From assembly GCA_016748015.1 (NCBI GenBank), contig JAAOMT010000607.1:434001-498000 (forward strand): a stretch of 64,000 nucleotides of DNA, in the 5' to 3' direction. Under the pieces are notes generated by a model that saw only the letters and a list, made by a program, of their open reading frames with translations, searched no databases and was not told the DNA's origin. This document shows, in pieces, positions 23,717 through 34,710 of the stretch; positions within the stretch are counted from its first letter, which is position 1, and each line of letters starts with the position of its first letter. The position numbers and the translations under genes were made by a program. Source of the DNA: Geosiphon pyriformis uo1. Taxonomy: Eukaryota > Fungi > Glomeromycota.

Positions 23717-25636
23717 GTTTACAACCAGTAAATAATAGAGAACAATTGGGAAAAAGTGAAAAAAGAACTCAAGGTTTTGGTTCAATTGAATGATTTACAG
23801 TTCCAGTAAACATAGTTCTTAATGCACAAAATGAATCTCATCAGATTTTTCAACTTCCCCAACCAATTACCATTTCATCTTTTGGAGAACATTACAAAAT
23901 CTATACTTGCTCAAAACTCACTACTACCCAATAAATCTTTAAATCTAATAAACAAATCTGTTTAAAGTATGAAATCTTAATTCCAAATGTTTATATACCA
24001 AAAAAAATAAAAAAATTTCAAGTTATATTTTACAACTCCAACAACTACCCCATTGTGTTATTAAATAAATTAGAAATTGAAATTATACATAGCAATATCT
24101 TCCAAGATGAAACTTCTTAAATTGTCTCTAATTTCATCGAAATTGTGAAACATATATTACTCTCAAATCCAAATATTATTGTTACTACTAAAAACTACCA
24201 CTTTTTAGAAAAAAAACTAGCTCGAATCAACATGGGTTCCTTAGAACTCCAACAACAAAGACAATTGAAACAATTGATAGCTGAATTCATTGATATATTT
24301 GCAAAAAACAACAATGATCTGAGAAAAACTGATATTGTTCAACATCAAATTCATACAGAAGATGCTTCACCAAAATGTCAACAAGCCTATTAAGTTTTAC
24401 CTACTAGCCACCAATTTATCAGAGAAGAGGTCCAAAGAATGCTCAATAACGAATTAATTCAACTATCAAGAAGTCTTTGAGCCTCACCAGTAGTTCTTAT
24501 CAAAAAAAAATGGAAAAATCAGATTCTGTGTAGATTATTGTTAACTCAACAGTGTAACAATTGGAAATGTCTACTCTTTTCTAAGAATTAATGATATGTT
24601 AGATGCTCTGAGAAAAGCCAAGTTCTTCTCAACTTTAGACTTGAAAAGTGGATACTAGCAAGTCGAAATAGACCCAAAAAATAGATCCAAAACAGCATTT
24701 ACCACCCAGGGAAGAAACTATGAATTCAATGTTATGCCTTTTGAACTCTGCAATGCACCAGCAACATTCCAATGACTCATGGATGTTGTATATAAAGAAC
24801 TTTTGTGGCAATTAGTAGTTGTCTATCTTGATAACACTAATGTGTATTCTCCAAGCTTTGAAGCTCATCTCATCTACCTGCAAGAAGTCTTTCAATAATT
24901 ACAGAAAGCAGAATTGAAGTTGAACATTGAGAAATGTTACTTTGGAAAAACAAGCTTAATCTTTCTTGGACATATTGTTAGCAAAGATGGAGTCAAACCA
25001 AACCCTAAAACAATCAGTGCTGTCAAAAACTTTCAAACTCCCAAAAATATCACAGAACTATGAGAATTTGTAGGATTAGTCTCCTACTATCAAAAATTCA
25101 TTAAAAAATTCTCAGAAATTGCCAAATCACTCAATTATTTTACCAACAAAAATGTGCCATACAAATGGACTGAAGAACAACAAAAAGCTTTTAACACTCT
25201 CAAAACAAAACTGACAACAGCCCCAGTTCTTGCTTATTTAAACTTCAACAAACGATTTCAATTAGCCACTAATGCTTCACACATAGCATTTGGTGCCATC
25301 CTATCATAATTGGATAAAAATGGCCAAGAACAAGTTATTGTTTATGCCAATAGAACACTCAAACTAACAAAACTCAAATATGGTTCAATTGAATTGGAAG
25401 CCACTGCAGTTATTTGGGCTCTTAAACATTTTCAACAATATCTGAAGAATAGAAAAGAATTTGACATCATAATTAACAATATTGGTCTCAAATGGCTCAA
25501 TAAAAAGAAAACAGAACAAAGTGCCAAACAGTTTCAATGGAATGATTTCCTAGCAGACTACAAATATATAGTACATCACAAACCAAGAAAACTACACACC
25601 AATGTTAACAGCCTTTTAAGAATGAGACAAGATTAA
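23717..25636 (+). pseudogene. pol: Element A ORF1, 3' part: dUTPase motif 5, dUTPase-like spacer, RT, RNase H
   Basis: RTQGFGS; FCVDY, LDLKSGY, MPF and VYLDN; IVYANR; ends LLRMRQD*. Confidence 0.88.
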
Positions 25637-25703
25637 TACCAATACCAATACCAACAAAATACCAACAAATCTAACAGCTGAACAAACAATTAAACTAATA
25701 ACA

Positions 25704-26866
25704 ATGAATCCAGAAAACTACAACAACCTCAAAAACTATTTGGAGACTCTTATCATGCCAGAAAATTGGTCTCCAAGTGAAAAACATTGTTTACAATACC
25801 AATTAAAACAATATTTCATACACCACAACAAAAATCTATTATAAAAATTGTAGAAATCTGAACCAACTACTCAAATTAGTACAGGAAAATGAAAAAGAAA
25901 CAATCCTATACAACATATATACAGATTTATTTTCAGCACACTTGAGAAGAAATGGAACAATTCAAAGAACTCTTGAACATTATTTTGGCCTCACATGCAA
26001 AAAAGCATTTAACAATATGTAGAATCTTGTGATAGTTGTTAAAGAAGAGGAGGAACTTGTTCCACAGAACCTTTAAATCCAATCAAAGTTGAACAACCTT
26101 TTGACAGAGTTGGAATTGATTTAGTCGGACCATTACCAATTACAACTCAAGGAAATTGTTATATTGCAGTTGCAGTATATTATTTTACCAAATGGCCTGA
26201 AGTTAGAGTCATCCAAAGAGCAAAGCAAAATCAGTAGCAAATTTTATCTATGAAAACATTATTTGTAGACATAGATGCCTAATTGAACTTTTATCTAATC
26301 AAGAAACACATTTTGTAAACAACTTGATACAAAAAATTAGTGAATGATTCAATATTAAAAGACTCCTATTATTATCTTATTACCTTCAAACAAATGGACT
26401 TGTAGAATGTTTTAACAGAACATTGTGTAAATCTTTAGCCAAAGTTTCAACTGACTTTGAGCAAAAATGGGATATCTTTATTTTATCAGTATTACTAGCA
26501 TACAGAACACTAAAACAAAATACTACAAAACACACACCATTTGATTTAACTTATGGAAGAACAGCAATATTACCAATTAATTTCACAGTGGAAACATACT
26601 AAGTACAACCAATCAATAAAGAAAACTTTCAAAAAACACTCCAAAGAAAGGTCTACACTCTTCTTAGTATACTGGAAGAAAAAAGATAGATAGCAGCAAC
26701 TCATATTGAACATTCCCAAGCTCAGCAAAAAAAAAGACATAACAACAAATTACCACCAGTTACTAATGAATTTAAAATTGGAAATAAAGTTCTCTTACAC
26801 AAAACTAAGACTAAAAAGCAATGAAGTGGAAAATTTGAAAACAAATGAGATGGATCATTCTATATC
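25704..26866 (+). pseudogene. int: Element A integrase (own ATG at 25704), truncated
   Basis: ACA-ATG; MNPENYNNLKNYLETL; CDSC; VGIDLVGPLP; PQTNGLVE; ends at GSFYI. Confidence 0.85.
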
Positions 26867-26869
26867 CAA

Positions 26870-29800
26870 AGAGAAATGTGCAACACTTTGTGCCAGTATA
26901 TAATCCTTATCAGTGACTGGGTTAAAAAAGAGACACCAATAGAAGCCATCTGAAGAAGGGCTGTACAGCAATTAAACAGTTGTCCACATAACAATGACAA
27001 GATATGAAGAATAACAATAGCCAAGATAGAAGGAGTGTCACCTGAAAAAATCAGAGAAATCAAAAACAACCCACTAGAACCCATAGAGCTTGACTGAAAC
27101 CCAGAACCAGTCATAAATCTTCTAGATCCAGAACAATTCCATGAATACTACCAGGAATTAGCACCCACTAGAGAAGAGCAAGAGCAATATCTAGAACAGT
27201 TGAATACTCAACTATATCAACACTGCTTAATTCTCTGTGACTTCCAATATTGTAATGAGTGTGACTTCATTTACAATCCACTACTGCACATAATCTACAC
27301 AATCCCAGAGGAAGATAAACCAATGAACAGCTGCACATCAGAATTGAAATCAGTTTTCAATCCTGATTCAAACTCCAACAATAACAATGACAAAAACACT
27401 GGTTCCAGCTCTACTCAATATGGCAATGAAAATAACAATGATTTGGACTCCAATTCAAACTCTGAACAATATATCGTACTCCCTAATCTTACCAAAGAAC
27501 AAGAACTAAAATAGTTCAGTGATAATGATAAAGGTATCATGCTAAAACGTGCACATAATACTGATGCAGAATTTGATTTAAGATATCCAGAAAAAGAAGC
27601 CATAAAATTAGAAGCACATTTGCATACATGTATTAATCTCAAAATAGCTCTGGAAATTTTAGCAACAATCATGGTTTAATTAGCATCTAAAAATAGTTTA
27701 GCGAAAAAAAAAATCAACATTAGAGGAGGAATAATTGATATGAAATATGTAAGAAATATCATCACCATATTACAAAATGACTCAGAAAAGGCCTACATTA
27801 TAGAGCCAAACAAAAAGATAGCACAGGCAATATTCTTACCTCTAGTAAAAATAGCTCAGTTAGTGTCAATGGGAAACAGGGAAGAATTAGAAATTACAGC
27901 AAGAGGAATACAGAGATTCAGATCAACAGGTAGAATAAATGTACCAGTTAATATGGTAGAAGAAGAAATTGTTGACAAAGGAAAAATTATCTCAACCTGT
28001 TAACCAATTTCTATTCCATCATATGACCAGTATATGTTAGCCATAAAAAGAGAAGTAAAGGATCAAGCTCAAGTGTTTGAAGCAGAAGCCACTATTTGTG
28101 AATCAGGAGAGATTGGACTTACTAATCTCTATATATTAGCCAACAGCCCCAAAAACATCAAAATTCCTATTTACAACAACATGGGAAATGTCATAGACTT
28201 ACCAAAAAGAATCATTATTGGATATTTAAGCACAGAAGTGGAAGACCAACCACCAAACTCCATTTCAGACTTTTTACAGCTTTGTGAATATGTGGACATC
28301 ACATCACAAACCATCTATGAACGAAGCAAATATTATCTGCTCCAACCAGAACAATTGGAACAGATGAACATGAGAAATCTAAACTCACTTCAACAGATGC
28401 AATTAAAGATGTTACTCAACAATTTCAATGACATCTTTGCCAGTGAAAACAAATTTGGCAGAACTAACATCATCCAACATCAGATCAAGATGGGAGATAT
28501 AATGTCAATTAAACAAAGAGCATACAGAGTATCACCAGCTAGTCATAAGATCATTTGTCAAGAAATCAATCAAATGCTTGACAATAGGCTAATTCAGCCA
28601 TTAATGAGTCTATGGTCATCACCAGTAGTACTAGTTCGTAAGAAGAATGGAAAAATTCACTTTTGTGTGGATTACCAGAAACTGAATGGAGTAATTAAAG
28701 ATGATAGCTACTCAACTCTAAAGATACAGGAATTGTTTGATGCTTTTGGAGGAAATAAATGGTTTTTGACATTAGATTTAGATAGTGGTTACTGGTAAGT
28801 AGCCATAAAGCTAAAAGACAAAGAGAAAACAGCTTTCACAACACAAGAGAATTTCGAATTTGAAGTAATGCCATTTGGCTTAATGAATGCTCCAGCAATA
28901 TTTCAACAGCTTATGGAAATTGTCTATACTGAACTGTTATGAAAATCAGTAGTCATATACTTGGATGACACCAATGTGTTCTCAAAAACATTTGATGATC
29001 ATTTGCATTATCTCCAACAAATATTTGAAAGACTCAGAAGAGCGGAATTGAAACTAAATACCAACAAATACTTTTTTGAAAAAACGGAATTTAAGTTTTT
29101 GAGACATGTTGTAAGCAAAGACAGTATCAAAACAGATCCAGACAAGATTGCAATAGTAAAGAACTTTCTAGTACCAACAAACTTGCCAGAACTAAAAGCA
29201 TTTTTGGGATTCGTAGACTATTATCACTGTTTCATCAAGGACTTTTCCAAACTAGCTCAGCCACTCCATCATTTACAAATTAATAATGTAAAGTATGAAT
29301 GAACAGAAGCTCAACAAGAAGCATTCGATACACTGAGACAAAAGCTTATTTAAGCTTTAGTGTTGATGTATCCAGATCACTACAAACTATTCATTATTAC
29401 CACCGATGTATCAAGCCAAGCATTAGGAGCCATACTATCACAGAAAGAACCAGATGAAAGAGAACATCCAGTAACTTATACCAGTAGAAGCTTAAGTCCA
29501 GCTGAAAAGAACTATAGAACTTCAGCACTAGAACACTTATCTATTTATTAGGCTGTCATCAAATAAAAAGAATACTTAAGTCAAAAGTTTGATGTATATA
29601 CTGACCACAAAGGACTAATTTCAATCCAGAAGCAAAAATTTGGAAACAATTATCATACAAGATAGAAAATAGCACTATTACTATATACATTTACAGTACA
29701 TTATAAAAAGGGAAAAGACAATAGAAATGCTGATGGTTTGTTGTGAATGAGACAAATTTAAAACATTTCAAACCCAAAAATATAATAAAAACCCAAACAA

Positions 29801-30110
29801 TTGAAAACAAAAATATAACAAAAGATAAACACACAAAAATACTAACAATTTCAGCATTATATAAATATTCAATCATTCAAAGAGAAATTATCTCAAAAAG
29901 AACAAAACAACATAAAACAGCAATCAAAATATTTTATCAATCATCAAAATATACTTTATTGAAAAAACAGAAGAAATTCAGACCAACCAACCAGAGTAAT
30001 TACAAAACCAGAAAAAGAGACAATATTGTTCAACATGCACTTAGATCCAACAACAGGACATTTTTATAAAGAAGCAATCATGGAAAAAACCAGAAGAAGA
30101 TACTATTGGC
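26870..30110 (+). mobile_element. Internal fragment D of a B-family Gypsy element (Cys-rich insert, dUTPase, RT, RH, start of IN); no LTRs
   Basis: Translations colinear with B 10350-7090 (LCQYIILISDW, NTDAEFDL, KIAQAIFLPL, FCVDYQKLN, LDDTN); stops abruptly at RRYYW. Confidence 0.88.
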
Positions 30111-30479
30111 ATATTATTAAAAATTTGGTTTTAACAATAATGTTTAATTAATTAAATATTTTTGTAATTTTTTTATTATTATTTTTAAAATTAAGTTTTT
30201 GAATATTACATATTTTTAATAATTAATCAAAAAATTTTGGTATAATTTTAGTAAAATAGTTTGATTGTTTTTTGGTAATTTATATTGTTTTTTGTGTTTT
30301 AAATATGAATCTAATTATTTTTTCTTATAAAAATTTATATTAAACTAGTTTTTGCATAAAAATAAATAATAATAACAATATTTTTTTACTTTAATAATCT
30401 ATTTAATACTTTTTTTGCTCTCTTAATTATTAAAATAATTTATATAATTATATATATACTATAGTTAATAATTATATAT

Positions 30480-31260
30480 ATAATCAAATATATTGCTAAA
30501 AAAAAGCATTGTTATTGTTAAAAAAATTATTAAATTTGTGTTTTTTTTAATAATAGCATAATAACTAATTTATTTTGGCATTTTTTACTTTTTTAATAAG
30601 CAATTTAATATATTTTTTTAAAATTAATTTTATGTTTATTTTTGTATTTTTTATTAAACAATTTTTAACATTGTAATTTTAATGTTTTTTTAATTAAGTA
30701 ATAAAACAAACAAATAAAATTAATATTTTGTTAATATTCTGTTAATAGTTATAATTAAAAACTATTGTTTTAATGTTGTTAGATTTTTTATATAAATATT
30801 ATTTGTATTGGTTAACAATAAGTAATTTTAATAAGATGAATATAAATTTATGTATTTAAATAATAAATAATTAATAAATATTTTTTTAAAAAAAAATTTG
30901 TTTTAAGTATTGAATTTTTAATTTTTAAAATTACTTAAAAGATTTAATAAAAAAAATTTTTATTTTTCTGCTTTTAATGTTATTATTATATATAAATTTT
31001 TATAATATAAAATTTTTAAATTCTTAATAATTCTTATATTTTTTTGAATTATTATTAAAATTTTTAATATTATTGGAATTTTTAATTTTCTTTTTTGTAA
31101 TTTAAAATTTTTGGTATTTTTGCTAATATTTTTAAAATTTCTAACATTTTTATTAGTATGGTTAAAATTTTTGACATTTTTAAAATCTTAAAATTTTTTT
31201 TAATATTTCTAAAATTTTTAATATATAATTGGCTAATTTATTTTATATTTAATTATTAAT
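30480..31260 (-). repeat. Extremely decayed B-family LTR relic
   Basis: TTTTTCTGCTTTTAATGTTATTATTATATATA (30963), decayed GGAATTC-like repeats (31020-31220) and ATTGGCTAAT (31228) occur in the same order as in the B/E LTRs. Boundaries approximate. Confidence 0.5.
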
Positions 31261-31299
31261 TATTTTTTCAATTATTTTATAAATAATAAATAATACTTT

Positions 31300-32650
31300 T
31301 AAAACAAAATAAATTAATACTAACAAAATAAATAGCTTTTTTTGAAGTTTTGATTTATAATATAGAAGATAAAATAGCACTTTTTTTTTATTGTTTTAAA
31401 TAAAATCTGAATTAATTATAAGATTGTTAAAAAAAAGTAAAAGTATTTGTTAAAAAATTTTATATATTAAATATTAATATTTTAATAGTTGATAAAATTG
31501 CTATAGTAAAAGTACAAATTATTTAAAAATTATTTACAAAAATAAATAAATTTAAAATTTAAAAAAATTATTAAATTTATATTTATCTTTAAAAAAAGCA
31601 TAAATTAAATTATAGTATTGCTTAGTAAAAATAAAATTTAAGTAAATAGTAATTACAAAAAACAAAAAATTTATTTAAATTAAATATAAATATATTAAAA
31701 AAAAAGAATTATTTTAGTTTTGTCTAAGTTTAAAACAGTAATATTAATATAATTACAATTTATTAGACTATTATTAAAAAAAAATTCTTATTTTATATAT
31801 AATTATATTTAATAATAAATTTTAAGTTTAAATAATCTTTTTTAATATAAATTTTAATAATAATAATAAACAATTTTTGTTTTTTTCTAAAGTATTTCTT
31901 AGTAATACATTTTTTTAAAAAACTATTAATATATTATTTATTGATATTTAAATTTTTACAATTGTTATTTTTTAATTAAGTAGCTTAAAAACAAATATGT
32001 TTATACTTTTGGCTTTATGTTTATAATTTTATTAAACCTTAATAGGTTGTTTTCTGAAAATAAAACTTTTGTATTATTTTTTAAATAATTGATTTAGTTT
32101 AAAAAAATTTTATATATAACATAAAATAAATAAATAATTTTATTAAACAAAAAAAAATTATTAAGTAATACAAAAAATAAACAAATTGATATTTATTATT
32201 GCTAAGATAAAATTAAAAAGTTAAATAAAATTTTAAAAATTAATAATATACAGATTTTTACTTTTAGTTTAAATTTTAATTATTTGAATTTTAGTGTTAT
32301 AATTATTATAAACAATTATTTGGCTTATTCACAAAATATCTAAAATAGTTAATTAGTTTTTGTTAATTAAATTACTGTCTAAAACAAGTTTTTTGTTTTT
32401 ATTTTGGGTTTTTATATTAATATTTTATTGATTATATATTTAAATTAATTAGTAAAATCAATTTTATTATTATTAAAATAGTAAATAAAAATTTATTTTT
32501 TATTTTAAAAAATAATTTTAAAAAAAATAGTTTCAAAAAAATGCTTAAATTTTGGTATAATTAAAATAATAATATAAAACAATTTATATAGGATAAAAAA
32601 ACAAATTAACAAAAATAATAGAAATATAATTTTAAATATATTAATTATAT
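31300..32650 (+). pseudogene. AT-eroded coding relic, possibly ORF1 of a LINE
   Basis: Residual frame KVFVKKFYILNINILIVDK..KVQIIxKLFTKINKF resembles, from memory only, ORF1 of fungal RNase H-bearing LINEs after C>T/G>A erosion. Confidence 0.25.
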
Positions 32651-32734
32651 TAAGTAAATATATTTTATAAATGTTTTTTTATTAAATATTATTAAGTTAT
32701 TTGAAAAATTACATATATATATCTATAATAAATA

Positions 32735-33924
32735 TAGTGCTTTTAAAAAGTAGTAACAAAATAACTTTTGTGATACATAATTTTTATTATGGTTTAATTA
32801 GTTATTGTTAAGACATTTTAAGTAATAATTTATATATATATATATTTTATGTTACTATTTTTATTTTTTGTAATAAAAAATAATCCTGTAAAATTCAATT
32901 ATAAAGTTATTAAAAAATTTTTATAAACAATATATAGAACAATTTCATAAAAATAGTTAAATTTAAGCAATTTATTGTTCAGATTATTTACAAAAAACTT
33001 TACCAAAAATACATTGTCAAACTAAAAAAATTTTAAATTAAAATTAAGACACAACTTATAAAAACATATTCTAAAATTAAAATAAATAAACAAACTATTT
33101 GCAATAAATGTTTTAGGCTTATTTATATAGTTGTTTTATCAAGATGTATATTTTTACTTATTAAACAACCCAAACAAAACCAATTAATATGAGTTTAAAA
33201 ACATTTTAATTATAATTGGCACAAAGTAATATTTTTAAATAAAACAACTTTACAAATGTTTCAAAATACTTGCTTGGTTTGATTTTATTTGGGTAAATCT
33301 ATTGTACTAATAGTAAAACATTCATTTAAATTTCATATATAAAAAGCAATTTGTATATATAGGAAAGTTAAAATATGTATTTTTATAGAAAATATAAATT
33401 AATATCTTTATTATAAAATTTTTAATAAGAATTTATATTATAATACAACTAGCATATATGAATGATAATATTGAATTTTTTAGCATAATAATAATCCAAA
33501 GCATATTTTAAAAGATGATTATACAGATCTTGAGATATAACTGCTAAATTATGTTTTGTCTTGGCCATTATATAGTTCAGATCTCAATTTAATTAAGAAT
33601 ATTTGGGCTAATTTTAAATGAAATATTGAAAAAAAAATCAAAGCAATAATAGTACACAAAAAAATATTTCTTAAACAATTTTTATTACAATAGTAAAAGA
33701 AGAATAAAATAATCTGTCTAATAAGACCATTCTTAATTGTATTACTAATATGCAAAATCGAATTCAAAATTGTATTAAAATAAAAAAAGAACATATTAAA
33801 TATTAATTTTTTGCATATATATATTTTATTTATATATCTATTAAATATTAAAATTTAAACAGAAATTATTATGTATAAAAAAAAAAAAAAAAAAATATTC
33901 CACCATTACTTTTCGGAAAGACTG
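32735..33924 (+). mobile_element. Tc1/mariner (IS630-Tc1) DNA transposon relic
   Basis: xHNNNPKH (=QDNDPKH) at 33481 and WPLYSSDLNLIKNIW (=WPxxSPDLNPIENxW) at 33562. Right TIR ends ACTG|TA at 33924; a decayed 29-bp left TIR starts after TA at 32735. Confidence 0.75.
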
Positions 33925-34227
33925 TATAGTCAACCAAAGACATAATAGCATAACTTGTTAAAATACTAAGTATTTACACATTTTTTATTCATACATTTTC
34001 TTTATTTAATTACCCAACTTTATTATTTTACATATTCAAGTAATGATAAAAATTACATTACACACATGATTATTACTTTTTCGCCCAATCAAAATTATTA
34101 TATATCATGTTTTTCAATAAAATTCTGCAATTTCCGGCCCTAGCCGAACTAATTTTCCTGGAACAGAGTGTTCTATTTAGATTCATCCATAAAATAATTA
34201 TATTAACAAAATTATACAATAAAAATA

Positions 34228-34497
34228 GGGAATTGCTAAATCGACCCACCCGCAACACGTGATATTATTTACGTCATAGTTTCGTATTCAACTATATATA
34301 ACAAATATTATAGTTGTCTACAACGAAGTGTTTTTTAATTATAAAACACTATAAATTACTTAAGGCATAATAAAAAATTAAATATATAATCTATATTCAA
34401 TTTTATATAAGAAAAAGTTATTTTTTATTTTAATTAAACTAATATTTAAGACGTAAATGATATCACGTGTTGAGGGTGGGTCGATTTAGCAATTTCC
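34228..34497. mobile_element. MITE-like element, 270 bp, with 48-bp terminal inverted repeats and TA flanks
   Basis: 34228-34275 vs the reverse complement of 34450-34497 match at 45/48 positions; AT-rich non-coding interior; TA on both sides. Confidence 0.8.
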
Positions 34498-34710
34498 TAT
34501 ATATAAATCAAATTTATAAAAATTAATATAAAATGCTTATATATAATTACTATTTTTTATTTATTTATTACCAACAATGATTTAAATACAATTATTAGTT
34601 ATATTTTTTTGTGTGAATAAATTTGAACTTCAATCTAAATCTATTCAATTTGTGGTTTACTGAAGAAATTAAATAAAAATTAGTATTTTAGAGAAATCTT
34701 TCCAGGTCGC

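Larger units (their letters stand above)
1..26866 (+). mobile_element. Ty3/Gypsy LTR retrotransposon A (dUTPase-bearing), decayed; split by element B at 4430-23712; 3' end lost at ~26866
   Basis: The 5' LTR ends TAACA at 718, followed by TT and PBS TGGTGCTC. Gag/PR/Cys-rich/dUTPase fragments span 764-4429. The dUTPase frame resumes at 23717 (..INI-LGLQPVNNREQLGKSEKRTQGFGS), followed by RT, RH and IN fragments up to GSFYI (GPF motif) at ~26866. PR-RT-RH-IN order is Ty3/Gypsy. Confidence 0.9.
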
